From assembly GCF_006345805.1 (NCBI RefSeq), contig NC_043020.1, forward strand, positions 16,554,001 to 16,618,000: DNA of 64,000 nt, written 5' to 3'. Made by a program: the position numbers and the translations under genes. Shown piece after piece: positions 13,295 to 27,863 of this stretch; the first letter of the stretch is position 1; each line of letters opens with the position of its first letter. The DNA comes from Octopus sinensis (lineage: Eukaryota). The notes beneath the pieces were generated by a model. It was given only the letters and a program-made list of their open reading frames with translations, was not told where the DNA came from and made no database searches.

Positions 13295-14070
13295 TATTTC
13301 TGTATTTGAATAACGACTTAAATATGTTTACATGAATAAAATTTTCATATCCTATAATGTTCTAGTTCTTTCATCCCTGTGGAAAATAAATGATTATCGT
13401 TTAGAATTTTAATTATCATAACTTAGTTTGCCTTTCAATGAAGTGTGAATGTGCACATTGTCACACATAGAACATGCATACACATTGTCAGTCGAATGTT
13501 GACAAGTGTGAGTAAAAACAAAGATTGGACTGGCTGTCAACTAAAAGTACTTAAAGCCCAATTAACTTGTTTCATCTCTGGCTGCTTTTTTTTTTTGTTT
13601 TTTTTTTTTTTTTTTTACTAAGTTCACTACTACTTAACTAACTAATACTATCTCGCTCGAAGATAGTATATAATTATTTATTTAAACTGGTTTACTGTCG
13701 TATAATAAGAATAAATAAAACATCTTTAGATATTAAATGTTGCTGGTTAGATGTAACATATTGATTTCTTTAGAACAGGCTCTTGGCCGATATTTAATAG
13801 CTGAAGGTGTATGATTGAGTGAGTGATGGAGGTGAGGGTGGGAATGTTATGGTCTTGATAAGGGGTCCACTTCATGGTTAAATCATTTCATCTGGTTTGC
13901 TTTGTTGTGTCTGCAGCTTTCCTGCTGTGTTTCAGTGCTTGGAGTTTAATGGACTCCTTCAAGCTGATGGAAACACCGTTTTTTCTAGTAGTCATCAACA
14001 CAAGAAATTAGAGAATGAGGATGGCATTTTTCATAGGTGATTGAATCAACCTCAGCATATTACTGTTTAA

Positions 14071-14290
14071 CCCTTTCATCACTGAATTTATTTTGAGGTG
14101 CTCTGTGTTTCTTTCAATTACTTTAAATATAACAAAGAATTTAGTAAAATAACTTAGTTATCATTCAGCTAGTGTTAGGAACATAAATTGTGACTAAGGT
14201 TTGGTGGAAGATTTTAATTCAAAACTTATGAAAACAAGACATTTGTACACAGAACCAGAGCCGGTTTCAGCCGGGTTGGTAACGAAAGGG
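14071..14290. mobile_element. piggyBac-like MITE
   Basis: TTAA on both sides and termini ccctttc / gaaaggg. Reverse copy at 27643-27863; older relative at 26821-27042. Confidence 0.8.
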
Positions 14291-14757
14291 TTAATGTGAT
14301 GAATTGGTAGTCATTAGAGCATTGGATAAATTGCATTATGATATTTGTCTTGGCTCTCTTAGGTTCAAATTCCACCAAGCTCCACTTTATCATCATCCAT
14401 TCAAGAACAATAAAAATACAAAGAAGGATTGACCTAATACTGATGCAATGCTCTTTTCATTTCTCCAGCAGTCACATTCTACATGTTCTGCTAGGTCGAA
14501 GGTGAAAGTGCTGGGAACCTGTTTGTCACTTGTAGATTATACGGGCACCTAAAACATTTAGTGAAAGCATGGTACATGCTACCAAGTCATGCATGCTTAC
14601 AGTATCAAGCAGTTACTTACTATCTGTAGTATATTACAGCTTCATGTTGAGGTGTATAGTGAATGGCCTGCCTGCAAACTCTATCACATCCCAAATTACA
14701 ACCAGGTCCCAAATCATCTCCACCAATGTTGGTATGTTCCAACACATCTCTTCCATC

Positions 14758-14826
<69 letters not shown>

Positions 14827-14985
14827 CTTGCCTATCCTGCTAACTTTATCTCTTTTTCTTTCCTTTCTTTGCCAACTGGAGTGGCCAAGTATCTCCTCTC
14901 TAGCATGACCCCTATTTCTTTCCTTCAGCTATAGCTTAACTTCTCAACTGGCACAAAGGCTCCTCAATCAATACTACCCCAACTA

Positions 14986-15206
14986 TACAATGGAGTTCTG
15001 AAAAGTTCCTGGTTTTAAGGATATCACAAAAGGCCTGGTTGATGGCTCAACCTTCCAACTTCTTTTATAGGGCTTAGGAAAACTGAAGGAACACTGCAAT
15101 AAGTGTATGAATCTGAGAAGGGAACATGTTGAATAAATTCATAATTAACTGATCTTCCTGTATTTTCTTTTACACAAAACCAGAAACTTTTCACTGCCCC
15201 CCTATA
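14986..15206. mobile_element. Mariner-like MITE (degenerate)
   Basis: Imperfect TIRs tacaatggagttctgaaaagttcctgg / ccagaaacttttcactgcccccctata with TA ends. Confidence 0.6.
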
Positions 15207-15882
15207 TAAAGGAAAAAGAATTCCCTATCATTCTGACCCAGCAATCCAACCTCTACACTGTCACTTCCATCACTTTGAAACAATGTGATCCAGATCTTGC
15301 ACTCAGCCTCACCAAACACATTAATATTTCTCTCTTCACATAGATCTATTGAATGTGTATCTAAGGAAACACAGATCTATTGAATGGGTATCTATGAAAA
15401 CATTACAGTCTGCCCTGACCAAGCTAACACTTTTGACCTCATCAGTGATTGATCTGTTGTCGTTTCCAACTACTCAGACCCAAAGAGGGAGCCTTCATGT
15501 GGGCTCAGTCTGTGAGAAATAGTAACCAAGTCTTCATTGAATTGCATTTTGCTTTCTTAGTAAAGAAAACATTGCATCATATGTGCCTAGGTTTCCTATG
15601 CCTATCAATAAAAAGGAAGGATATTTAAGGCTGGAATACTTTTGGTCACAGGCCTGCTCAATCAGGGTTAGCCAGGGATTAATTGTATATAGGTACAGGG
15701 GTGGCTATGTGGTAAGAAGTTTGCTTCCCAACTGCATAATTCTGGGTTCAGTCCCACTGTGAGAGAAGCAAACCCTTTTCTACACAACCATACCTGTTCT
15801 TATATATTGTCTTCTACTAAAACCCCAAGCTGACCAAAGACTTAGAGTGGGTTTAGTCAATGGAGACTGAAAGAAGCCTGTC

Positions 15883-15916
<34 letters not shown>

Positions 15917-15957
15917 GCTACCATGGAAAACAGACGTTAAACGATGATGATGATGAC

Positions 15958-16019
<62 letters not shown>

Positions 16020-16439
16020 TTATATGTATATATCTGTGTGTGCTTGTGTATGTTTTCCATCATCACTTGACAAGTAGTGTTGGTTTTTTTATGTTCCTCA
16101 TAACTTAACAGTTCAGCAAAAAGAGACTGATGGAATAAATACCCACCCTGAAAAGATAAATACTGCTGGCACCTATGTAACTTGTCCCTCTGTTTGGTCT
16201 AGTTGCTGTAACCCTTCTTTTTTCTTATACATTCTCTTTATTCAGCAACTGCTTGTAGAATCATTTCCATGTCTCTTTCTTCAGCATTGGTCATGGTGGA
16301 TGCACTGTGACCATTTCTTATATATTTTTTGATGATATTTTAATTTGCCCTCACATATTGCCTCATAAGCTTTTACATCTCTCTTAACTGTACTACTCCA
16401 TTATCATGTCATTTCCCACCTCACATCTATCTGTCTGAT

Positions 16440-16700
16440 GCTCTGGTATGAACATGACCTCTGTCTCCCTCTAGATCACCCTGCCAGGCCTTTACTCTGA
16501 CTGCAACACTGCAGCTGGGGGCTGAAACAGGCCTCATAGCAAGCCCTGCACCAGATGGCCGGCTGTGATTGATGAAGATCTCCAGAAGCTCGATGTCTGC
16601 TTAGAGAATGCAGAAGAACTGGCTTGAGCAATGGTGAGCACTGGTGGACCTGGTCAGCTCAGCGTGTGATGATGTTTCTGTGACCACTAACCTGGGATGA
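16440..16700 (+). mobile_element. RTE LINE 3' fragment (degenerate)
   Basis: Peptide remnants such as DHPARPL and EDLQKLDVCLENAEELA, typical of RTE C-termini. Confidence 0.55.
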
Positions 16701-16854
16701 CCCTGGCCCCATCAAGCAAAAGCTCAAAGCAGACAAGCAGCAAGCTTCACCTGTCTGCATTGTGAAGACCTTGTTTCACCTACAACCCTTGTCTGTAGCT
16801 CACAGCAGCTATCTATATCAGAGTCCCCTAATTCTGTCTTTTTACCACAGATCT

Positions 16855-18170
<1,316 letters not shown>

Positions 18171-18493
18171 TGAAGATACCTTCTTGGAAGTTACTTGCAG
18201 TAGCAGGATCATTTTGCTTGCATCCTTTCTTCCTTATGTTCTGCTTCTGAATACTTCTAGCTGTTATCCTGAGGTCACTAATTACTTGTCTACATTTAAT
18301 CCATTCATCAGCTCAGATTGCACAACTTCCTAGATATGTCACTCTCATTGCCAGGGAATGGTCAAGAGGTGAATTGTCCTTAGTTATTGCCAGGTATAAT
18401 TATTCTAGTTGATATGCCATTACTGGTGTCTAAAGTTATTCTGAATGTCTTCAGTGAAATTTCTCTGTGACAAAATATGACAGCTAACACTGT

Positions 18494-18568
<75 letters not shown>

Positions 18569-19667
18569 GTGTGTGTAATGGGATTGTTTTATACATCATT
18601 ATGGTAAGCTGGCAGAATCATTAGCATGCCAGACAAAATGCCCAACAGCATTTTATCTATACTTACTTTCTGAGTTCAGATTCCACCGAGGTTGACTTTG
18701 CCCTTCATTTTTTTGGTGGTTGATAAAATAAGTACCAGTTGAGCACTGGGGTTGATGTAATCAACTAAACCCCTGCCCTTGAAATTGTTGGCTTTGTACA
18801 AAAAATTTGAAACCAGTATAATGTTGTTTCAAGTACATCATCATTTATCAGCACTTAATGTTTGTTTTCCATGCTGGCATGGGTTGAGTGGTTTGACAGG
18901 ATCTGGTGAGCCATGGGGCCATGTCAGTTTTGGCATGATTTCTAGTATCAGTTTTGGCATGGTTTCTACAGCTTGTTGCCTTTCATAACACCAACCACTT
19001 TACAGAGTATACTGGTTGCTTTTTTTTTCTCATGCCACCAACTCTTATGAGATTGCCAAGTAACTTGTAAAACAAGTAAGAAAGAAAAGAACTTGAAGAA
19101 GGAAAAAGAAGGAAAAAAACAAAAAAAAAAGGGGGAGAAAAACCTCAACTAAATGGGAGCTGGGTAGTATTGAAAGGGGGAGGAGGGGGCAATGATTCTA
19201 AGCCAGATGTTGAGAGGTTATTCTGTGATGAAAGAACAAGCCTAAGTGCCTTGCTACTGAAATACAAGGCTACCCTGGAATCTCTTAGTTTCTATAAGGA
19301 AATCTAACCCTTTAACCATTTAGTATTTAAACTGGCCATATCCGGCCCTAATACTTGTTTTATGTTCAAACTGGCTATATCCAGCCTCTCACACATACCT
19401 TACAATGTATTTCTGAAAGCAAGCAATCACATCATTGAAATCTCAGAGCCACAAGGTAATGCAGGATTAATTTCAAACAATATGAATAAATAAGCATTAC
19501 ATTTGACAGAGAAACCTGAATGCTGAATTGCTTGAGACAGTGAGGTATTTATAAAAAATTGATGAAACTGGGAACAAAATTCAGTACTGGGCTTATTATC
19601 CAACAAACTAAGGACTAGATTTCTGAATTTTCCAGTTTTCTGGAGACTGTCTAAATATATTCTTTTG

Positions 19668-20064
19668 TTCTTTTACTTGATTCAGTCATCTGACTGTGGC
19701 CATGTTGGAGCACCACCTTAAAGGGTTTTAGTCAGAGAAATTGACCGCAGGACTTATTCTTTGTAAGCCTAGTATTTATTCTATCAGTTTTTTTTTGCCG
19801 AACTGCTAAGTTATGGGAATGTAAACAAACCAACAATGGTTGTCAAATGATGGTGAGAGGGATAAAGTCTTACACAATGACACACATAAATATACTTGTA
19901 TATTTACATATACGAGGGGCTTCTATCTGTTTCCATCTACCAAATCCACTCGCAAAGCTTTGGCTGCTTGGCACTATAGTAGACACTTGACAAAGATTTC
20001 ACATAGAAGGGCTGGACCCAGAACCATGTGTTTTTGAAGCGAGCTTCTTACCACACAGCCACCC
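19668..20064 (-). mobile_element. SINE family A (diverged)
   Basis: Tail-to-head layout in reverse. Confidence 0.8.
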
Positions 20065-20505
20065 CTAAATACAAAAAAAAAACTATGTAAAGAGCTAAAT
20101 TGTATTCAGCAGATTCAAATTAATATACTTCTAAAGCAGGATCTGTTTGATATTTATTGAGATAAAATTCTTAAAATGACATATACTGTATCATGTATAC
20201 AAATGTTTGTTTTTGTATTTGCTGATTTTTTTATATCAGAACAAAAGTTCTAACTCAGAATGACTGAAAGTACTCTTCATTGAGGAAGCTAAATCAAACC
20301 AAAACATGAGAACTCCTTCACTCCCTTGATTATTGGGTTAAAAAAACTCCTATACCTCTCTACTGGTTTTATACGTGTAATTTCCCCAACCCTACCTCAG
20401 GTGCTGAATTCTCTCATTCCCTCCATTATTTTTTAATACAACTGTACTTGCTTAACGATGATATTCAGATAATGAAATGTATAACTTTTAAAATGCATAT
20501 ACAGT

Positions 20506-20619
20506 TCAGTCCCAATGCATGGCACCTTGGGCAAGTGTCTTCTACTATAGCCTCAGGCCGACCAAAGCCTTGTGAGTGGATTTGGTAGACGGAAACTGAA
20601 AGAAGCCCGTCGTATATAT

Positions 20620-20657
<38 letters not shown>

Positions 20658-20880
20658 TTGTGTGTCTGTGTTTGTGCCCCTAGCATTGCTTGACAACCGA
20701 TACTGGTGTGTTATGTCCCCATTACTTAGCGGTTCGGCAAAAGAGACCGATAGAATAAGTACTGGGCTTACAAAAGAATAAGTCCCAGGTTCAAGTTGCT
20801 CGATTAAAGGTGGTGCTCCGGCATGGCCGCATTCAAATGACTGAAACGAGTAAAAGAGTAAAAAAATGAATAAAAGAGTA
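20506..20880 (+). mobile_element. SINE family A (5'-truncated, young)
   Basis: Starts inside the B box; near-consensus tail. Confidence 0.85.
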
Positions 20881-21699
20881 TACAAATACAGAATGGTGTT
20901 GGCTGTAATATTTATCTCAAAGAAACTTCTCTAGAGAGATTTAGTATGTTAAAAACACAGAGCACACCCTAAATGATGATTTGCTGGAGCTGTTCAAGGG
21001 CGTGAAGGAGTTCTGTTGTTGATTCACCTCAAGTTAACCCATTTTGAGCAAACCTATTTCAAAGGCATTTCACCCGAGACTGTCCTGCCTTTTTTAAAGG
21101 GTATTTTTAAGACATCGTCTAATGCATCCTTCCTCTCTGCATAAGATAGCAGAATATTTGAGAGAAATTTGGCTGCTGTTTCTAGCAGGTCTAGTGAGTA
21201 TAAACCAGTATTGGGATAAAGGATGAGTTATTTGATATGTTAAAGACCCAGTATTTGAAATGGGTACATGAAACAATGAAATGATAGCTTAATATGAAAT
21301 CTATCATCAAATATTACTCACATTTCCAGTACATTTTGCTAACAGTACTAAATTGTGACAAATTTCACACAACAAAATCAATTTTAATATCTATCTATCT
21401 ATATTTACCTATCTATGTATCCATTCATCTATCTATCCATCTTTTCATCTATCTATCCAGCCAGCCATCTATCCATCCATCCATCCAACCATCCATCCAT
21501 CTCTCTCTCTCTCTCTAAATAAATAAATAAAGGCACAGGAGTGGCTGTGTGGTAAGTAGCTTGCTTACCAACCACATGGTTCTGGGTTCAGTCCCACTGC
21601 ATGGCACCTTGAGCAAGTGTCTTCTGCTATAGCCTCGGGCTGACCAAAGCCTTGTGAGTGGATTTGGTGGACGGAAACTGAAAGCTCATCGTATATATG

Positions 21700-21754
<55 letters not shown>

Positions 21755-22390
21755 GTATGTGTGTGTTTGTGTTTGTCCCTCTAGCATTGCTTGACAACCG
21801 ATGCTGGTGTGTTTATGTCCCCGTCAATTAGCTTAGCTTTCATCTTGTGAAATTTTGTAAACAACTGAAGTTTTGTGAAGTAAACTTAACTTCATTGTTG
21901 AAAGCCACTAATAAATACAGTTAAAACTTTGATAATATTCCAAGTGAATCAGCTATATTTAGATAATTTATGGAATGGGTATATTAGCAAGTGCAAAAGG
22001 AAGGGTTTAAATAAATAAATAAATAAAAAAAACAAGAATGGAAAATGTATGTTAAAGGAAAAGGTGATAAAAGTAAGCCAACCCAATACACTAATTGATT
22101 AATGAGACTTGAATATAAAATCTGGCTGGTTCATATATTGATATCTCTACAGAGTAAAATTTCGCATAATTTAGAATTGATTTATGCTTTCTCTGGGGGT
22201 TCTTTGAAAATATATTATCTTGCAAGGAGGCAAAATTAAAAAGCTGAAATATTCATCTGGAATATCTTTGTTTTCAATAAGAAAGTTTAACCCTTCGATT
22301 TACTCAAGACAGAGATGTGTTTATAGAAAATTGATGGAACTAAAACCAAAATACAGTACTGGAACAATTATCCAGCAAGCTAAGAACCTG

Positions 22391-22835
22391 TAGTTTCAGC
22401 TCAGAGCTACGGCCATGTTGATGCACCACCATTTTGTGCTACACTGTTACTACTGAGAGCCTCCTCCAATATGTGGCACTTGGTAAAAAATGGAGTTTGA
22501 TGTAGCTACCCTCATTTGCACCTCTTGCCGTGAGTTAGGTTCATCTGGGACTCTCGACAGGAAGAAGTCCAGCTTTGATTTTAAAATGCTTACATCTACT
22601 TTGTGCAGGTTTTTCAGGCTCTTTGGGCAAATATTAAAAGCTGTGGGCCTCTGAAACCCAGGCTGTTGCAGTAACTGGTCCTGAAGTGCGATGGCGTTGC
22701 TGGGATCTTTGGCACTATGCAGTATCGTCCCGTCCGGCATTGGTGTAGCTTTCAATACCAAAATTTGGCACAATTCCTTCCAGGACCTTCCAGATGTATA
22801 TTACTGCATACTTCTCCAACCTTCTCTCCTGGGAG
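22391..22835 (-). mobile_element. CR1-type LINE 3' end (5'-truncated)
   Basis: Peptides SQERRLEKYAVIYIWKVLEGIVPNFGIE and FNICPKSLKNLHKVDVSILKSKLDFFLSRVPDEP, followed by a short 3' UTR. Confidence 0.8.
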
Positions 22836-23093
22836 TCTATATATATATATATATACTTAAAATACAAAATAAACTATGAAAAAATGAAGAGCTAAATTGC
22901 ATTTAACTGATTCAAATGAATACACTTCTAAAACAGGACCTGTTTGATATTTATTAGGATACTTAAACATTCTTAAAATAGATTGTACTGTATCATGTAG
23001 GCTGTATAATGTTTATAGGATGAAAATTAAATGAAAAAAAGTAAAGAACATGGTTTTATTTAATAGATACCAATACAAATTAATACATCTAGG

Positions 23094-23758
23094 CAAAGGT
23101 GTGGCTGTGTATTCAGAAACTTGCTTAAGAAAGGTGGTGAGCAAGCAGAAACGTTAGCATGCTGGGCGAAATGCTTAGCAGTATTTCGTCTGCCGTATAC
23201 GTTCTGAGTTCAAATTCCGCTGAGGTCGACTTTCCCTTTCATCCTTTCGGGGTTGATAAATTAAGTACCAGTTACGCACTGGTGTCAATGTAATTGACTT
23301 AATCCCTTTGTCTGTTCTTGTTTATCCCCTCTATGTTTAGCCCCTTGTAGGCAATAAAGAAATAAGAAACTTGCTTACCAACCACATGGTTCCAGGTTCA
23401 GTCTCACTGCGTGGCACCTTGGGCAAGTGTCTTCTACTATAGCCTCAGGCCAACCAAAGCCTTGTAAATGGATTTGGTAGATGGAAACTGAAAGAAGCCC
23501 ATCACATATATCTATAAATATATATATGAGCATATATTTATGTGTTTGTGTCTGTGTTTGTCCTCCCACCATCACTTGACAACCAACATTGGTGTATTTA
23601 CATCCCCGTAACCTAGTGGTTTGGCAAAAGAGACTGATAGAATAAGTATTAGACTTACAAAGAATAAATCCTGAGGTCAATTTTGTTGACAAAATCCCTT
23701 TAAGGCAGTGCTCCAGCATGGCCACAGTCAAATGACTGAAACAAGTAAAAGAATACAA
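23094..23758 (+). mobile_element. SINE A with a full SINE B (23128-23364) nested in its head
   Basis: 13-bp TSD agaaacttgctta at 23115-23127 and 23365-23377. Confidence 0.9.
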
Positions 23759-24344
23759 GAATATCTGAAACAGAACATGTCTAATATTTACCATTCCAAA
23801 AGCATCAAGTCAGCAGAACCATTGGAATGCTGGACAAAATGCTTAGCAACATTTCATTCGTCTTTACATTCAGAGTTCAAACTCTGCCGAGGCCACTAGA
23901 TCTCGTCGGATTGACTCCAAAATTTACAGGGACATGTAAAATGAGGTGAGGATGCGAGTGAGCTAGGATCCCTATCTTAAAAGGTGTCATTGCTAGGGCA
24001 AAAAACACACACTTTGACAAGTCTCCTCTCATTCTTTTATCTGCCTGTCTTCCTCCATTTCTCTTTCTCTCTCTCTCTCTCTCTCTTTCTTCCCTTCCTT
24101 TTACTTCCTCTCTATAATGTCGTTTGATAGCGTCTACTATCTTTCCTCTGCCGCCTTCATCCCATCATGGGCAATTAAATAAATACCAGTTGAATACTGG
24201 GGTCGATGTAATCAACTTATCCCCTCCCTGAAATGATCAGTTTTGTGCCAAAATTTAAAACCGATATTTATCAATCCACATAGGAAAGTTAAGAACAAAA
24301 CTATTTTTAATACACCGTATACAATTTCCACACAGCCCGCCTCC

Positions 24345-24640
24345 TGGCTCTCTGTCAGTTATGGTAATGAGGGTTGTTCTAGTTGATCCGATCAACAGAA
24401 CAAACTGCTCATGAAATTAACATGTAAATGGTTGAGCTCTCCACTGACACTTGTACCTTTCATGTAGTTCTCAGGAGATTCAGTGTGACACAATGTGACA
24501 AGGCTGGCCCTTTGTATAACAGTGGACTGGAGCCATGTGAAATGAAGTGTCTTGCTCAAGGACACAACATGTCACTGGGAATCAAACTCACAATCTTACA
24601 ATCATGAGCTGAATACCCTAAACACTAAGCCATGTACCTT
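24345..24640 (-). mobile_element. SINE family E (tRNA-like head plus gtgtccttgagcaagacac core plus tail)
   Basis: Head read in reverse at 24520-24640 is contiguous with the tail homologous to 694-883. Confidence 0.7.
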
Positions 24641-25700
24641 TAAGTTAACCAATATCCAGAGCAGGGACTATTTACTTAAGACAAGGGTACAGTATATTGC
24701 ACAGAACTGCACAAAATTCCTAGATTTCTGTAAATTTTGAACATCTGGAAGCTGGATAACCAGTGTGGTATTGAATTTCTTCATTGACATTTAAGATGAA
24801 ACATTAATTATAACAACCCTTAATTTGACACACCGAAAACGCAATCCTTTATCACCTTCAACTGTCAATTCTGGCATTGTTTCTTACTTCAGCAGCAACT
24901 CAGTTGCTTTCAAAGTTTTGTAATTAGTTTAAAATTAACAAAGCTTTGCTTATCATCTCGTTATTTGATAATTACTTTTATTATCCTTCCATCAGCTAAT
25001 CTGATTTTCTTAACTTACTAAATCAACAGACTAATTTGATAGAAAAAGAACCAAATGAATGAATAAATATTTGCCGTTATTCAACTTGGTTTTCAAAATC
25101 TCAAATGAAACATTACTGTAAGGCTTGCTTCTTCACACAACAAAGAAAACTATTTAATCAACCTTACACACCAAATAATATCTAACTGTTCTACTGGTCT
25201 AATTTAATTCTCAGACTTCTTTCTGATTTCTCAGTTTGTTTTTATCACTTCCTCAACAAATGTTGTTTCTTTCTCACCAACGAAATGTCTTTTTTTTAAA
25301 AGAAATGTTTATTGTAATTAGAATGCAAATATAGAAACAGCTAGAAATATCTAAATGTGTCTTTATTAATGATGTATCTTGAAGCAAAGTTGGCTATAAA
25401 TATTAGTTTATAATTCATTAGGTTAAAAACCCTTTGGACAGAAAAACAAAACAGCAGCTTTCTATCTTTTTATATATTTTCTTCATCTTTTCTTTTCAAA
25501 CTCTCAATAAGATTTGAGCTTCAAATTATTAATTATAACATTGAATCCTACTTACAACTGGTCTGCAACTGATTACAGAATCATTTGAACATCAGACAAT
25601 ATGCTCTATGGTATGTGTTCTGGCTCATTTACGTTTTGAGTTCAAATCTTTCCAGGATCAACTTTGCTTTTCATCTTTCCATGGTCTGGTGTTGATATAT

Positions 25701-26044
25701 ATTTCTTTACTACCCACAAGGGGCTAAACACAGAGGGGACAAACGAGGACAGACAAAGGGGTTAAGTCAATTACATCGACCCCAGTGCGTAACTGGTACT
25801 TAATTTATCGACCCCGAAAGGATGAAAGGCAAAGTCGACCTCGGTGGAATTTGAACTCAGAACGTAGCAGCAGACGAAATACAGCTAAGCATTTCACCCG
25901 GTGTGCTAACGATTCTGCCAGCTGGCCACTTTGCTAACGATTCTGCCAGCTGGCCACCTTGCTAACGATTCTGCCAGCTGGCCACCTTGCTAACGATTCT
26001 GCCAGCTGGCCACCTTGCTAACGATTCTGCCAGCTGGCCACCTT
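25701..26044 (-). mobile_element. SINE B with its 28-bp 5' end in five tandem copies
   Basis: Unit tgctaacgattctgccagctggccacct x5 at 25904-26043; TSD-like tctggtgtt(g/a)atata at 25685-25699 and 26055-26069. Confidence 0.9.
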
Positions 26045-26340
26045 AATATAATCATCTGGTGTTAATATAATCAACAATTCCCTTCTGAAAATGAGAGAAC
26101 TTCTGTCCATGTAAGATAACAATAATTATATTATATTAAGTTCTTACATGTCAAGCACTTGCTAAGGCATCTAGCACAGTGGATTGGTTGTTGGACCCAC
26201 AACTGTAAGGTCATGGGTTCAATTTTCAAAATTTGTGGTGCATTGCATCCTTGAGCAACACATTTCATTTCATATTACTCCAGTCCACTCAGCTGAGAAC
26301 TGAGTACCAGTGACAGCTGGGCAGGAGTTAACTTTACCAT

Positions 26341-26576
26341 CATCATCATCATCATTGTTCGACCATGGTCGAGACAATGGAATTTACCATGCTACGCCAG
26401 ACTTCACGGTCCATCATAGCATTACAGAGGTCCTGTTGCTGGATGCCTGTATCCCTGGAGATTACATCAGGGTAGGAGAGTGTGCACCCTCTGGTATTGC
26501 GAGTAGATGGCTTCCAGAGGAGAAGAGTAGAAATTGCCTCGTTTTCAGCTCTACAACAATGTCCAGCAAACTGGAC
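26341..26576 (-). mobile_element. 5'-truncated RTE-X-like LINE 3' end with a (GAT)n tail
   Basis: VQFAGHCCRAENEAISTLLLWKP...YPDVISRDTG...NAMMDREVWR, then a stop and the tail. Confidence 0.85.
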
Positions 26577-27642
26577 TAAACTTGAAAGTGTTAACACAAC
26601 TGTAGTTATTTCTGGCAGACAGTCGATGGTGGTTTTGACCAGTCTGATATTATATAACAGCAAACATCTTTATAAGACAGGCATATTATTGTTTTATTTT
26701 GTTTTGTTCTTTTATATGTAACATATTCAGGGATTAAACTGGGGCAATATTTCTAAATCAACTTTACCATGGATTAGCATCCTGCTCAGGTTAGTGAATA
26801 TAGTACTCTCAGTTACTTAAAACTTTTGTTACCATATTTCTATTGAAATACATTGTCTTCGTTTTCGTTAAACTTTCATAAAATAATGAAGAATTTAGTA
26901 AAATATCTTGGTCATTGTTAAGCTTCTTTAGAACATAACTTGGCATGAAATTTTGATGGAAGTTTTTAATTTAAACCACTTTAAAACATGAAATTTGTAT
27001 CGTAGCACCTGGGTAGTTTTAGGCAGGTTGGTACCAAAAGAGTTAAACATCAGAGGAATTATAAATTCTAGCGTAATGGGTCTCTAGGATCAACACAGAC
27101 GTAAGTGCAGTTGATGGAGGAGGGGAACAAAAGTCAATGAACCCTAGTGCTTGATTGATTGATTTAGGGATATCAAATATAAAGGGATGTAAATACCACA
27201 AAGTATTTTGATTGTCACTCTACCAATCCTGATGTGTTCATGATGGTGATGACAGGTGAGTTGCTATGCTTGAGAAGCTACATCAAGCTAAGTGAAATTA
27301 TAGTCAGTCAGTGCCAGTGACATGCGAAAGGCACCTGTGCTGGTGACACACCAAAGACATGTAGTACATTCTCTGTAGTGGTTGGCATTACGAAGAGCAT
27401 CCAACCATAGAAACCAAGCCAAAACAGACCAGAGCCCAGTGCAGCTCTCCAGATTACCAGCTCCAGTCAAATGGTCTTACCCATGCTATCATGGAAAACA
27501 GATGCTAAGTAATAATGATGATGATGATGAAGACTGCCTCTTAAGCAAACTCCATGAAGTAGTTAGCGTTAGTCAATTCTACAACTTTAATTTCTTTACA
27601 TTTCTTTACATTAAGACATCCAATTGAGCTTGCACCTCTTAA

Positions 27643-27863
27643 CCTTTTTATTACCAACCCGGCTGAAACCGGCTCTGGATCTGTAGTACAAATGTCTTGT
27701 CTTCAAAAGTTTTGAATTAAAATCTTCCACCAAACCTTAGTCACAATTTACGTTCCTAACACTAGCTGAATGATGACTAAGTTATTTTACTAAATTCTTT
27801 GTTATATCTAAAATAATTGAGAGAAACACTGAGAATCTCAAAATAAATACAGTAACGAAAGGG
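27643..27863. mobile_element. piggyBac-like MITE (reverse copy of 14071-14290)
   Basis: TTAA flanks and matching internal sequence. Confidence 0.8.

Noticed and set aside
13645-13669. 9-bp hairpin next to a poly-T run (possible Helitron end or retrocopy)
   Set aside because: No downstream CTRR terminus and no TSD found.
25904-26043. CRISPR-like array
   Set aside because: Direct repeats have no unique spacers, match a SINE head, and the context is eukaryotic.
26577-26761. Duplicated alternative exon of tomosyn
   Set aside because: No tomosyn-like peptide in any frame; the copy is explained by the TSD-flanked chimeric insertion.
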